DNA from: an uncultured Trueperaceae bacterium | GTDB lineage: Bacteria > Deinococcota > Deinococci > Deinococcales > Trueperaceae | NCBI GenBank assembly: GCA_963727505.1 | Contig: CAVSGP010000002.1 | Location: 32,001 to 96,000, forward strand | Length of the DNA: 64,000 bases | Direction: 5' to 3' | Shown here: piece by piece, positions 32,186 through 42,227 of the stretch | Position numbering within the stretch: the stretch's first letter is position 1 | How the letters are laid out: every line of letters begins with the position of its first letter | The notes under the pieces: generated by a model | Told to the model about the DNA's origin: nothing | Database searches by the model: none | Seen by the model: only the letters and a program-made list of their open reading frames with translations | Made by a program: the position numbers and the translations under genes

Positions 32186-33325
32186 CTACAGCGCGCCCTT
32201 GGCTGTGAGCCAGTAGGCGTTGTTGTAGGCGAGCTTGGCCCAATGGATCATCTTGGTCGGGGGCTGCACCTGGGGAGGCCGGGCGTAGTTGAACTCGATG
32301 AAGGTGGCGCTGTCCAGGCCCGCCTCGATGAAGCAGATGGTCTTGCCGTCGTAGCGGGCGACGGGGCCGGAGCCATGCACGCGGGCCGCGACGTTCTTGG
32401 CCAGCGTGGCGGACTGGTAGTGGGCCACGGAGCCGGCCTTCGAGACCGGCAGGCCGGTGGTGTCGCCCAGGGCCCAGATGCCCTCCTGGCCCTTGACGGC
32501 GAGCGTGGCGCGATCGGTGGGCACCCAGCCCGCCTCGGTCAACCCGGATTCTTCCAGGTAGGCGGCGCTGCGGTGCTCGGGGATGGCGATCAGGATGTCG
32601 AACTCCAGCTCGGTGCCTTCCATGCTCTTGAGCACCTTGGCCTCGGGATCGACCGACTCGGCGTTGAAGAACGTCTCGATGCGGACGTCGCGCTTCTGCA
32701 GCTCGGGCGTCGCCCACTCTGCCAAGGAAGCGATGGAGTGGCTGCGGTTGATCGGGTAGGTGTAGGCCAGTTCCACCTTGTCGCGGCGGCCGCGGCTCTC
32801 GAGCCACTGATCGAGCATGAACGTGATCTCGAGGGGCGCTACCGGGCACATGTGCGGGATACCGACCACCGACACCACGATGCGGCCCTGCTCGAGGGCC
32901 TCGAGCTTGTCGTGCAGACGCTGCGCGCCCTGCTCGTCGTAGAACCAGTCGCCGGCCTCGGCGAGGCCCGGCGTGGCGGCCGGGTCGATCTGCGTGCCCG
33001 AGGCGATGACGAGCTGGTCGAAGGGGTGGCTGCCGCCGCCCTCGACCATCACCTGGCGCTGTTCGGTATCGACCTTGGTGACGCGCTCGATCCTGACGTC
33101 GACGTACGGGCTGACGAGCCCGCGCACGGGACGGCGGATGTGCTCGGGCGACTCAAGGCCGAACGCCAGATAGAGGAAGCCGGGCTTGTAGACCTGATCC
33201 GGCTTGTCCGTGATGAGCGTGACCTGGACCTCGCCGCGGCGCAGTTCCTCTGCAAGATGCTCGGCGAGGTGGTTGGCCGTGATGGTGCCGCCGGGCCCCC
33301 CTCCGATGATGACGATCCGGTGCAT
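32186..33325 (-). CDS. sqr: Sulfide:quinone oxidoreductase-like FAD protein (short, type III-like)
   Basis: GGGPGG, HMCPVAPLE, WALGD, SKAGS, TICFIE. Confidence 0.8.
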   Translation of the reverse strand: MHRIVIIGGGPGGTITANHLAEHLAEELRRGEVQVTLITDKPDQVYKPGFLYLAFGLESPEHIRRPVRGLVSPYVDVRIERVTKVDTEQRQVMVEGGGSHPFDQLVIASGTQIDPAATPGLAEAGDWFYDEQGAQRLHDKLEALEQGRIVVSVVGIPHMCPVAPLEITFMLDQWLESRGRRDKVELAYTYPINRSHSIASLAEWATPELQKRDVRIETFFNAESVDPEAKVLKSMEGTELEFDILIAIPEHRSAAYLEESGLTEAGWVPTDRATLAVKGQEGIWALGDTTGLPVSKAGSVAHYQSATLAKNVAARVHGSGPVARYDGKTICFIEAGLDSATFIEFNYARPPQVQPPTKMIHWAKLAYNNAYWLTAKGAL

Positions 33326-33404
33326 GATTGCCTCCTGGGAGCGTCGCGGATCGGGCCGCCGCGAGCGGCGGCCGGGTCCGGAACGATTCCGCGCTTATGC
33401 AGCG

Positions 33405-33644
33405 CTACTTGGTCTTGCGTACGACGAAGCGGTGGTATTCGCCGTGATCTTCGTTGGCCACCAGCTCGTAGCCGATCTTGTCGACCCAGTCGGGGATGTC
33501 CTTGTTGGAGCCGGGATCGGACGAGAGCACGGCGACGTTGTCGCCGACCGTGGACGCCTTGATGCCGCGGATCAACTCCATGAGCGGGCCGGGGCAGGCG
33601 CTTCCGCGCGCGTCGATCTCCTGCTTGACAGCGGTATCAGCCAT
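33405..33644 (-). CDS. tusA: TusA-family sulfur carrier
   Basis: DARGSACPGP motif, 79 aa. Confidence 0.9.
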   Translation of the reverse strand: MADTAVKQEIDARGSACPGPLMELIRGIKASTVGDNVAVLSSDPGSNKDIPDWVDKIGYELVANEDHGEYHRFVVRKTK

Positions 33645-33681
33645 GATGTGCTTTCCTCTCCTCGAATGCGAGTCCGTGGAC

Positions 33682-34101
33682 TCAGAAGACCAGGACCTCG
33701 GCGCCGTCGCACATGGAGATGAACCCGGCAACGCCCTTCTCGCCGTCGACGATGTCTTCGAGGTCTTCCATCTTCATGCCGAACATGTCCTGCGTCATGC
33801 TGCACGAGTAGACCTTGATGTCGCCCAGTTCCTTGGCGGTCTCCAGGGTCTTCATCCAGGGGTTGATGCCCATGGCCTGCATGCGTTCCTGCATCATGGG
33901 GCCGAACTCCTGGTACTCCGCCGGCAACCGCTGCTGGGACGGGTCCTGCCAGGCGCCCTTCTTGAAGGCCATCAGGCCCCAGAAGGTCACGAACAGGGTG
34001 ACCTCCTTGCCCATGGCAACGGCGCCGGACACGATCGTGGCCATCGCCAGCAGTTTGTCGACCGTGCCGCTCATGACGATGATGTTGAGCTTGTCCTTCA
34101 T
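33682..34101 (-). CDS. DsrE/DsrF-like (DsrE2) sulfur-transfer protein
   Basis: SGTVDK, FVTFWGL, YSCSMT, GVAGF. Confidence 0.88.
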   Translation of the reverse strand: MKDKLNIIVMSGTVDKLLAMATIVSGAVAMGKEVTLFVTFWGLMAFKKGAWQDPSQQRLPAEYQEFGPMMQERMQAMGINPWMKTLETAKELGDIKVYSCSMTQDMFGMKMEDLEDIVDGEKGVAGFISMCDGAEVLVF

Positions 34102-34165
34102 GGTTCCTCGCCTCCACCCGTCCCCGTGGATATGGTCGGGGACCGGGACGTTTCCTTCGTGCCTG

Positions 34166-34201
34166 ACAATATCCCCAGGGGGTTTGTGAACCAATGGACA
34201 A
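34166..34201 (-). promoter_or_regulatory. Sulfur-operon promoter overlapped by a Rex-like box
   Basis: Minus strand TTGGTT-17 nt-TATTGT; plus strand TTGTGAA-CCAA-TGGACAA at 34184-34201. Confidence 0.6.
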
Positions 34202-34259
34202 ATGCCCTGGAAGCCGTGAAGCCCCGTCCCCGGCGCGCCTATCGCGTACACTCGACGGC

Positions 34260-35303
34260 ATGATTCCCGTGTTCGACGGTCACAACGACACCCTGCTCAT
34301 GCACCTGGAGCACCCCGACCGCGACTTCTTCGAGCGGCACGACGACGGTCACGTCGATTACCCGCGCGCGCAGGAGGGCGGGTTCGCGGGCGGCTTCTTC
34401 GCGATGTTCCCGCCGACGCTGCCCGGGAGCGAGCCCTTCATGAACCGGCGTGAGACCGCCGCCGGCGGCTTCGTGACACCCCCCGCCCCGCCCGTGGACG
34501 AGCTCCATGCCGTGCATGCGGCGAACCGGATGTTCGCCATCCTCTACCGGCTGGCTGCGGGCGGCCGCATGCGCCTGGTGACCACCGCCGAGGAGCTGCA
34601 GCGCAGCATCGAGGGGGGCGTACTGGCCGCCATCGCGCATTTCGAAGGGGCCGAGGCCATCGACAGCGAGCTGGCCGCACTCGACATCTACTACCGCGCC
34701 GGGCTGCGCTCGCTGGGCATCGTCTGGAGCCGCGCCAACGCCTTCGGCCACGGCGTGCCCTTCAGCTTCCCCAGCAGCCCCGATACCGGCCCCGGCCTGA
34801 CCGCCCTGGGGCGACGGCTGGTGGAGCGCTGCAACGAGCTGGGCATCATGATCGACCTCTCGCACATCACCGAGCGCGGCTTCTGGGACGTCGCCGAGCT
34901 GAGTCGGGCTCCCCTGGTCGCCACCCACTCGAACGCGCACGCCGTATGCCCCAGTCCCCGCAACCTCACCGACGCGCAGCTCGAAGCGGTAGCCGCCTCG
35001 GACGGCATGGTCGGGCTCAACTTCGCGGTCGGCTTCCTCGATCCCGACGGCGGACACGACACCGACATCGGTCTCGACGTGATGGTGCGACACATCGACC
35101 ACCTGGTGGACAAGCTCGGCGTCACCCGCGTGGGCCTGGGATCGGACTTCGACGGGGCCCGCATCCCTGCCGAGGTAGGCGATGTCGCCGGCGTCCAGCG
35201 CCTGCTCGAGGCGCTCTCCGAGCACGGCTACGACGACGATGCGCTGCGCAAGATCGCCTACCAGAACTGGCTGCGCGTGCTTCGCAGCACCTGGAAGGGT
35301 TGA
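34260..35303 (+). CDS. Membrane dipeptidase family (M19)
   Basis: DGHND, HFEG, IDLSH, THSNA, LGSDFDG. Confidence 0.92.
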   Translation: MIPVFDGHNDTLLMHLEHPDRDFFERHDDGHVDYPRAQEGGFAGGFFAMFPPTLPGSEPFMNRRETAAGGFVTPPAPPVDELHAVHAANRMFAILYRLAAGGRMRLVTTAEELQRSIEGGVLAAIAHFEGAEAIDSELAALDIYYRAGLRSLGIVWSRANAFGHGVPFSFPSSPDTGPGLTALGRRLVERCNELGIMIDLSHITERGFWDVAELSRAPLVATHSNAHAVCPSPRNLTDAQLEAVAASDGMVGLNFAVGFLDPDGGHDTDIGLDVMVRHIDHLVDKLGVTRVGLGSDFDGARIPAEVGDVAGVQRLLEALSEHGYDDDALRKIAYQNWLRVLRSTWKG

Positions 35304-35327
35304 CGCGGGGGCCGTGACGGGATCGGC

Positions 35328-35792
35328 ATGACGCTGGAGGCGGCCCGGGCGTTGGCTACGGGCCTGATGGCACACCACGGCCTGCGGGACTGGAGCTTCG
35401 CGTTCGACCGGGCCCGCAAGCGGCTCGGGTCCTGCCAGCCCTCGCGGCGGCGCATCACCCTGTCGGCAACGCTGACGCGCCTCAACGACGAGGACGTCGT
35501 GCGCGACACCATCTTGCACGAGATCGCCCACGCTCTGACGCCGGGTGACGGCCACGGTGCACGCTGGCGCGCCACCTGCCGCCGACTCGGGGCCAGACCC
35601 CAACGGCTCGTGCCCTCACACGAGGTCGTGCTGCCACCAGCACCCCACGCGCTGGTCTGCGACCGCTGCGGCGGTCGCTACCCGCGTTATCGCCGGAGCC
35701 GGCTGCGCTATGCCTGCGGACGCTGCCGGGCGGAAGCCGGCGTCGAGTCACCGCTACGCTGGACGAGCACTCGGGCCCCCGAAGGCCGCTAG
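35328..35792 (+). CDS. SprT-like zinc metalloprotease
   Basis: HEIAH, HGARW, CxxC...CxxC zinc ribbon. Confidence 0.85.
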   Translation: MTLEAARALATGLMAHHGLRDWSFAFDRARKRLGSCQPSRRRITLSATLTRLNDEDVVRDTILHEIAHALTPGDGHGARWRATCRRLGARPQRLVPSHEVVLPPAPHALVCDRCGGRYPRYRRSRLRYACGRCRAEAGVESPLRWTSTRAPEGR

Positions 35793-38242
35793 CCGAACTC
35801 GCCCACCTTCAGCGCGGAGAGTCGGGAGGGAACGTCCTCGGCCGGCATCGGTCGCGCCAGGTAGAAACCCTGCACAGCATCGCAGCCCACACGCCTTAGG
35901 GCCTCGAGCTGCTGCGGCGTCTCCACCCCCTCCGCGACCACACTGGCGCCCAGACTGCGCCCCAGCGAGACGACGGCAGCCAGGATGCCCTCGTCGGCCG
36001 CCGACGCCGCCGTGCCCAGGCGGCGCACGAAGCTGCGGTCGAGCTTGATGGCATCGAACGGCAGGTCCCGAAGGTAGGCCAGCGAGGCGTATCCGGTGCC
36101 GAAGTCGTCGAGGGTCACCCGCGCGCCCAGCGCGCGGAGCTCCTCGAGCACCTCGGCGCCGCGGCGGGCATCCAGCATGGCTGCGGTCTCGGTGATCTCG
36201 AACTCGAAGCGCTGGGGCGGCACACCGCACGACCGCAGGACCTCACGCACCTCGTCGACCAGCACGGTGGAGCGCAGCTGCACCGGCGACAGGTTGACCG
36301 CCACCCGCTCCACGTCGACCCCCAGGTCGATCCAGGTACGGAGCTGGGCGCACGCCTGCCGCAACACCTGCAGGCCCAGCTCACGGATCATGCCGGTCTC
36401 CTCCGCCAGGGGGATGAAGGCGTCCGGCGCCAGCAACCCCCGCACGGGGTGGCGCCAGCGCGCCAGCGCCTCCACCCCTAGCGCGCGCCCCGTCGCGAGC
36501 CCCACCATCGGCTGGTAGTGGAGCACGAGCTGGTCCGAGCCGAGCGCCATCCTCAGCTCGCTCTCCAGCGCGAACCGTTCACGCGCGCGCACGTCCATCG
36601 CCGGCGTGAAGAAGGCGAAGGCGGCGCCGCCCTGGGAGCGGGCGCGCGCCAGCGCCAGCGAGGCGTGCTTGAGCAGGTCGGCTGGCCGCTCGGCGTGGTC
36701 GGGAAAGACCGCGATGCCCAGGCGCGGGCGCAGTGACACGGCGCGCCCCGCCACCTCCACCGGTTCCTCGAGCGCACCCAGAAGACGCGCTGCCACCTCA
36801 GCAGCGTCGACCGCCTGCGACAGCGGCCCGGTCACCACCGCGAACTCGTCACGCGTCAGGCGCGCGACCGCCCCCTCGTCGTCCAACGCCACCGCCAGTC
36901 GGCGCCCCGCCAGCCGCAGCAGCTCGTCGCCGGCCTCGGCCCCGAGGCCGTCCTGGAGGAGCTGGAATCCCTGCAGGTCGAGCACCAGCACGGCCGAGCG
37001 GCGGCCGTCCACGCGGCGGGCCGCGAGCGCGGCGACCAGACGGTCCACGAAACCGGCACGGTTGAGTAGGTCGGTGAGCGCGTCATGGTTGGTGAGGTAC
37101 TCGAGCTGGGCCGACATCATGCGCCGCTCGGTGATGTCGTCCGACACCTTCAGGTACTGCTGAACGCGGCCGCCCTCGTCGGTGACCGCCGTGATCTGCG
37201 CGCGTTCCCAGGTGCTGCCGCCCGCCCTGGTGCGGTTGACGAAATCGCCCCTCCACACGCCGTCACGCCGCACCACCTCGGCGATGTCACGGAGTTTGGG
37301 GTTGTCGGCGCCGGGCGCGGCGAACTCCCCGACGTTGCGGCCGACCACCTCCTCCTTGCCGAAGCCGGTGACCTCGCTGAAGCGACGGTTGGCGTAGCGG
37401 ATGCGCCCCTCGGCGTCGGTCAGGAGGACGGTGCTTGAGCCCTGCTCGACCGCCTGCCGAAGCTCGCGCAGCTCGTCCACCTGACGCTTCTGCTGCGTCA
37501 CGTCCCGCACCTGGACCTTCAGGTAGACCTCGCCGCCGATGTCGAGGCGCGACAGATGCACCTCGGAATCGAACGCCGTGCCGTCGGGGCGCAGATGGAC
37601 CCACCCGAAGTGCTGCTCCTCGCCCGCCAGAGCGGCCTGCATCCGCACCTCCGACGCAGCGCGCGACTCCTGTCCGTCCGGCTGATAGGGGGGCGACAGC
37701 TCGTAAGGGTGACGCCCCAGGAAGCGCTCGCGCGTTAGGCCGAACACGTCGGCGGTGCGGCTGTTGCACTCCACGAACCGGTTCCTCTGCATGAGCCCGA
37801 TCGCGTCGTAGGCGTTCTCGAACAGCGCCCGGAACTTCTCCTCGGCCCTGAGCAGGCTGGAGAAGGCGCTCCGGTCACCGGTCACGTCGGCTACCAGCAC
37901 CAGGCGCGCCGGCGCCCCGCGCAAGCGCACGGCGAAGACGCTCACCACCGCGTCGAAGACAGTCCCGTCCTTACGCAGGTGGCGGAAGGTGCCCGGCACC
38001 ACGTACGGAGGCTCGCGCCCGGCGCGGGCGGTGAGCATCCGTTCCGCTTCCTCCGCGGGCCGGATGTCGAGCAGGGTCAACGACGTGAACTCGTCCTCGG
38101 GGTAACCGTAATGGGTCACGGCCGCCGCGTTGACGGCCAGGATCCTCAGGGTGTCCGGCTCGTAGACCAACATCGGTTGGGGATGCGAGCGGAAGAACGC
38201 GGTGGCACCGCTTCCCTTCTCCGCCCCTGCCCAGTCCACCAT
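35789..38242 (-). CDS. PAS-PAS-PAS-GGDEF(degenerate)-EAL protein
   Basis: Three PAS-like blocks, [30 protein letters not shown]. Confidence 0.92.
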   Translation of the reverse strand: MVDWAGAEKGSGATAFFRSHPQPMLVYEPDTLRILAVNAAAVTHYGYPEDEFTSLTLLDIRPAEEAERMLTARAGREPPYVVPGTFRHLRKDGTVFDAVVSVFAVRLRGAPARLVLVADVTGDRSAFSSLLRAEEKFRALFENAYDAIGLMQRNRFVECNSRTADVFGLTRERFLGRHPYELSPPYQPDGQESRAASEVRMQAALAGEEQHFGWVHLRPDGTAFDSEVHLSRLDIGGEVYLKVQVRDVTQQKRQVDELRELRQAVEQGSSTVLLTDAEGRIRYANRRFSEVTGFGKEEVVGRNVGEFAAPGADNPKLRDIAEVVRRDGVWRGDFVNRTRAGGSTWERAQITAVTDEGGRVQQYLKVSDDITERRMMSAQLEYLTNHDALTDLLNRAGFVDRLVAALAARRVDGRRSAVLVLDLQGFQLLQDGLGAEAGDELLRLAGRRLAVALDDEGAVARLTRDEFAVVTGPLSQAVDAAEVAARLLGALEEPVEVAGRAVSLRPRLGIAVFPDHAERPADLLKHASLALARARSQGGAAFAFFTPAMDVRARERFALESELRMALGSDQLVLHYQPMVGLATGRALGVEALARWRHPVRGLLAPDAFIPLAEETGMIRELGLQVLRQACAQLRTWIDLGVDVERVAVNLSPVQLRSTVLVDEVREVLRSCGVPPQRFEFEITETAAMLDARRGAEVLEELRALGARVTLDDFGTGYASLAYLRDLPFDAIKLDRSFVRRLGTAASAADEGILAAVVSLGRSLGASVVAEGVETPQQLEALRRVGCDAVQGFYLARPMPAEDVPSRLSALKVGEFG

Positions 38243-38370
38243 CGCTCGCCGCCTCGCTCGCGCCTTCGCGTTCCCAGCTCGCGTCGGCTCCCCCGGCCCA
38301 CGACGGTCCCATGCGCGCAGCAGTTCGGGGTGATTCTATCCGACGCAACGGGCACCCGGAGGGGCGCCGC

Positions 38371-39519
38371 TCACCCCCTGCGAAGGGTCTCCGGCACCCG
38401 GTAGGCGAAGACCAGCGCGGCGCCCACCCCCACGACAGCGATGGCCACGGCCGCCATCCCGAGATCCAGGGCCTCGGCCACAACACCGACCAGCAGCGGC
38501 CCGCCGCTCGATCCCGCATCCCCCACCAGGCGCCACACGCCCAGGAACTCGCCCAGCGCCTCGCGCGGCGCCAGGTCCGAGCCCAGCGTCATCATGGTGC
38601 CCGCGCTGAGGCCGTTGCCGAATCCGAGCCCCACGGCGACGGCCAGCAGCGCCATGAACCCGTGCGTCAGGGGCACCAGCGCCAGCCCCACGGACTGGAG
38701 CAGGAAGCTGGGGACGATGGCGAACTTCCTGCCCCGGCGGTCCATCAACCACCCCGCCGGATAGAACAGCGTCAGGTCGGCGAAGGCTGAGGCGGAGAGG
38801 ATGAGTCCGACCGCGCCGACGTCGAGCCCCAACACCTGGCTGGCATACAGCGGCAACAGCACCTTGCGCCCGGCCCGCAGGGTCTGCGCCATGAGCTGTG
38901 CCAGCCCTGCGGTCGACAGCACCGCAGCGAAGCGACCTACGGTGGCGAGGCGCGGCGCTGCTCCGGGGGGCGGCAGTTGCGGGGAGGTGGTGGGTACGAA
39001 GCGCGCCACGCCGAGCAGTGCCGCCGCAACCACCGCCGCGTAGAGCACGAAGGGCGCCCGCAGGCCCAACGCCGCCGCCAGCAGGCCGCCGACCGCCGGA
39101 CCCACGAAAGCGCCCGCACGGCTGACGCCACCGAAGGCCGAGATCGCCCGCCCACGCCTACCGTCACGGGTGGACTCCGTGAGGAAGGCGTGGCGCGAGA
39201 GGTTGAACAGCGCCAGCCCGAAGCCCGACAGCAGCCGCAGGCCGATGACCAGCACTACGCTGTGCGCGAGGACCAGCAAGAGCACGGACACCGCGACCAG
39301 CGCCAAGCCACCGAGCATGACGGTCTTTTCGCTGAAGCGTCCCACGAGCACCCCGGCGGGAATATCGGCGAGCAGCGTACCGATGGCCTCGGCTCCCAGC
39401 ACCACCCCCACCACGCCCAGCGAGGCGTGCAGGCTGCTGGCGAACAGCGGCAGCGTTGGGACGAGCAGGCCGTTGCAGAACGACAACAGAAGCGCGGGCA
39501 GGTAGACGGCGGTGATCAC
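38371..39519 (-). CDS. MFS transporter
   Basis: About 12 hydrophobic segments, MDRRGRK motif; start uncertain (alternative TTG at 39555). Confidence 0.85.
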   Translation of the reverse strand: MITAVYLPALLLSFCNGLLVPTLPLFASSLHASLGVVGVVLGAEAIGTLLADIPAGVLVGRFSEKTVMLGGLALVAVSVLLLVLAHSVVLVIGLRLLSGFGLALFNLSRHAFLTESTRDGRRGRAISAFGGVSRAGAFVGPAVGGLLAAALGLRAPFVLYAAVVAAALLGVARFVPTTSPQLPPPGAAPRLATVGRFAAVLSTAGLAQLMAQTLRAGRKVLLPLYASQVLGLDVGAVGLILSASAFADLTLFYPAGWLMDRRGRKFAIVPSFLLQSVGLALVPLTHGFMALLAVAVGLGFGNGLSAGTMMTLGSDLAPREALGEFLGVWRLVGDAGSSGGPLLVGVVAEALDLGMAAVAIAVVGVGAALVFAYRVPETLRRG

Positions 39520-39696
39520 GTCGATCCGGATGCGCCGCGCGACGTGACCCTGCAACGCGACGACGGAGAAGAGTCTACCCCCGCGGCGGAGGCACGCCGC
39601 CCCTCGTCGCGCGATGGGACGGACACGGGATCGCTCGGGCGACACCCGTATGCTGGGCCCGGGCGCCGGGCCGGCGCCCGGGGGAGGAGGAACCCG

Positions 39697-41721
39697 GTGG
39701 ACCGCCCCACGGGGCTGCTGCCACGTCTCCTGGCGCCGCTGCTTCCTGGACACCGCTCCGGCGAGACCATCGCCTTGATCCTGACGGCCATCGTGGTGGG
39801 CTTGCTCACCGGCCTGGCAGCGGTCGGGTTCGACCTGCTGGTGCGCGCCGCCGGCAAGGCCCTGGTCGACCTTCCCGCCCTGCTCGGCGTTGTGCCCGGC
39901 GCCATCGCGACGGTGCTCGTCCCCACCCTCGGCGGGCTGCTGGTCGCCCCGATCGTCGTCCGCTGGGCACCCGACACACGCGGCTCCGGCATCCCGGCCG
40001 TGATGTATGCCGTGTCCAACCTGGGGGGGCGCGTGTCGCGGGCGCTGGCGTTCTGGCGACCACTGGCCACCACGGTGTCGATCGCCAGCGGAGCTTCGCT
40101 CGGCAGCGAAGGCCCGGTGGTGCAGATGGGCGCCTCGCTGGCCTCGATCCTCGCCGGCCCGCTGGGGCTCAACGCCGAACGGCGCCGCACCCTGGTGGCG
40201 GTAGCCGCCGCGGGCGGCATCGCGGCCACCTTCAACGTCCCCATCGCGGGCGTGCTCTTCGCGGTCGAGGTCATCCTGGGCGAGTTCCAGGCTCGGAACT
40301 TCGCTTCCATCGTGATCGGTGCGGTCAGCGCCACCGCGGTGTCGCGCACCCTCCTGGGCGACGCGCCCGGCTTCGCGGTGCCGAACTTCCAGCTCGGCTC
40401 GGCGGTCGAGTTGCCGTTGTACTTCGCGCTCGGCATCCTCACCGCCGCCGCGGCGGTCGGCTTCAACCAGGCGCTGGTGTCCTCGGAGAACCTCATCAAC
40501 GGGTTGCGCCTGCCCCCGATGCTACGGCCGGCCTTCGGGGGACTGGTGGTCGGGCTGCTGGCCGTCGCCTTCCCCGAGGTGCTGGGGCGCGGGTACGACG
40601 AGATCGGACGTGTCCTGCAAGGGAGCGCGGGCCCGGCGCTGCTCCTGCTCGGGCTGGCGTTCGCGAAGACCGCAGCCACCGGCGCGTCCTTCGGCTCCTG
40701 GGGGTCGGGGGGCGTGTTCGCGCCGGTGCTGTTCGTAGGCGCGGCGCTGGGCTCGGCCTTCGGTCAGGCCAGCGAGCAGGTGTTCCCGTCGCTGGTGCAT
40801 CACTACGGCGCGTTCGCGCTGGTGGGTATGGCGGGCCTGCTCTCGGGGGTGACGCGCGCGCCGATGAGCAGCATCGTGATGGTGTTCGAGATGTCGGGCA
40901 GTTACGCGCTGATCTTGCCGCTGTTGCTGGCGGCCGTGATCTCCACGCTCACGGCCGACCTGTTCCGGCAGGAGTCGATCTACGAGCGCATCCTCTCGCG
41001 GCACGGCCGCTCGCTGTTCCGCCTGCGCGAGATCGACCTGCTACAGACGGTACAGGTCCGGGAGGTCATGGATCCCGATGTGCCGGCACTCTTCGACGAC
41101 CAGACGATGGCCGAAATGGCCGAGCAGACCGCGCGCAGCCACCACCACGGCTTCCTGCTCCGGCGCCGCAACGATCTCGAGCATCTGGTCGGCATCGTCA
41201 CCCTGACCGACCTGGAACGGGCGCGCCAGCAGGGCACGCCGGCCACGACGCCGCTGTCGCAGATCGGTACCCTCGAGGTCGCCACTGCCCTCGCCGACGA
41301 GTCGGCCAGCGAGGTGCTCGAGCGGATGGCCGAGCTGACCATCGCGCGCATGCCGGTGGTCGACCGCCACGACGCGCGCAAGCCGATCGGCTTCGTACGG
41401 CAGGCCGATCTGGCGAAGGCCTACTACCTGGCGCTGGAGCGCGAGCGCCTGCACGAGGAGACGAGCGAGGCCCTGCGACTGCGCGACCTCACCGGCCAGG
41501 AGATCGTGGAGGTGCGGGTACCGAAGGGCTCGCCGCTCGCGGGCCGCCGCCTCGGGGACGCCGACCTGCCGCGCGCCAGCATCGTCGTAGCGGTGCGGCG
41601 TCACGGACGCACCCTGTTCCCGCACGGCGATACCGTACTCGAGGCCGGCGACATGGTCGTGGCCAGCGTCGCCCACGGCCACGCGGGCAGCTTCCGGGAA
41701 CGCTTCCTGGCGCGGCCTTAG
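39697..41721 (+). CDS. ClC chloride channel/antiporter with CBS pair and TrkA-C domain
   Basis: GSGIP, GSEGP, GGVFAP, then CBS and RCK_C-like segments; GGAGGAGG RBS. Confidence 0.92.
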   Translation: MDRPTGLLPRLLAPLLPGHRSGETIALILTAIVVGLLTGLAAVGFDLLVRAAGKALVDLPALLGVVPGAIATVLVPTLGGLLVAPIVVRWAPDTRGSGIPAVMYAVSNLGGRVSRALAFWRPLATTVSIASGASLGSEGPVVQMGASLASILAGPLGLNAERRRTLVAVAAAGGIAATFNVPIAGVLFAVEVILGEFQARNFASIVIGAVSATAVSRTLLGDAPGFAVPNFQLGSAVELPLYFALGILTAAAAVGFNQALVSSENLINGLRLPPMLRPAFGGLVVGLLAVAFPEVLGRGYDEIGRVLQGSAGPALLLLGLAFAKTAATGASFGSWGSGGVFAPVLFVGAALGSAFGQASEQVFPSLVHHYGAFALVGMAGLLSGVTRAPMSSIVMVFEMSGSYALILPLLLAAVISTLTADLFRQESIYERILSRHGRSLFRLREIDLLQTVQVREVMDPDVPALFDDQTMAEMAEQTARSHHHGFLLRRRNDLEHLVGIVTLTDLERARQQGTPATTPLSQIGTLEVATALADESASEVLERMAELTIARMPVVDRHDARKPIGFVRQADLAKAYYLALERERLHEETSEALRLRDLTGQEIVEVRVPKGSPLAGRRLGDADLPRASIVVAVRRHGRTLFPHGDTVLEAGDMVVASVAHGHAGSFRERFLARP

Positions 41722-41796
41722 CCGCTTGCGCGGCAAAGTGATGGGCGCCGCCCCGTCGGCGGCGCCCAACCCCGGAGAGGAGTCCTGAAGCAGCCT

Positions 41797-42090
41797 TCAG
41801 GCCTGCATCGGCCCTTCGGCGCCCGCAGGCAACTGATGCATGATGCGCCGGCTCTCGATGCGAGACGAGTGCCCGCCCCAGCGCACGACGTCCTTGAAGG
41901 ACAGCAGCAGCATGGTGACGACCGCGGTCTGCATCCACGCGTCCTCGCTGTCGCGGATCCGGAGGCGCAGGTGTCCGGCGGCCGCGTCGTACTGCACCTC
42001 GCAGGTCGCCGCTTGCAGGCGGCGCACGAGCTGGCGCAGCCGCTCGGCCGAGCCACCTTCGTGAATCGCAGCCAGGTATTCGTAGTGCAT
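41797..42090 (-). CDS. Hypothetical protein (97 aa)
   Basis: GGAGG RBS before MHYEYLAAI; genome-like codon usage. Confidence 0.55.
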   Translation of the reverse strand: MHYEYLAAIHEGGSAERLRQLVRRLQAATCEVQYDAAAGHLRLRIRDSEDAWMQTAVVTMLLLSFKDVVRWGGHSSRIESRRIMHQLPAGAEGPMQA

Positions 42091-42227
42091 CCCAGACCTC
42101 CGAGACCGATCACGACGTGCATCGACGACCGTCCGACGCATAGCGGGCTTGCGCCCAGCCTAGGTTCGGCGGCTCGGGAGGGGCCAGGGCCAATTGTCCT
42201 TTCGCGGTCGGGCTCGAGCTCGGTCCG

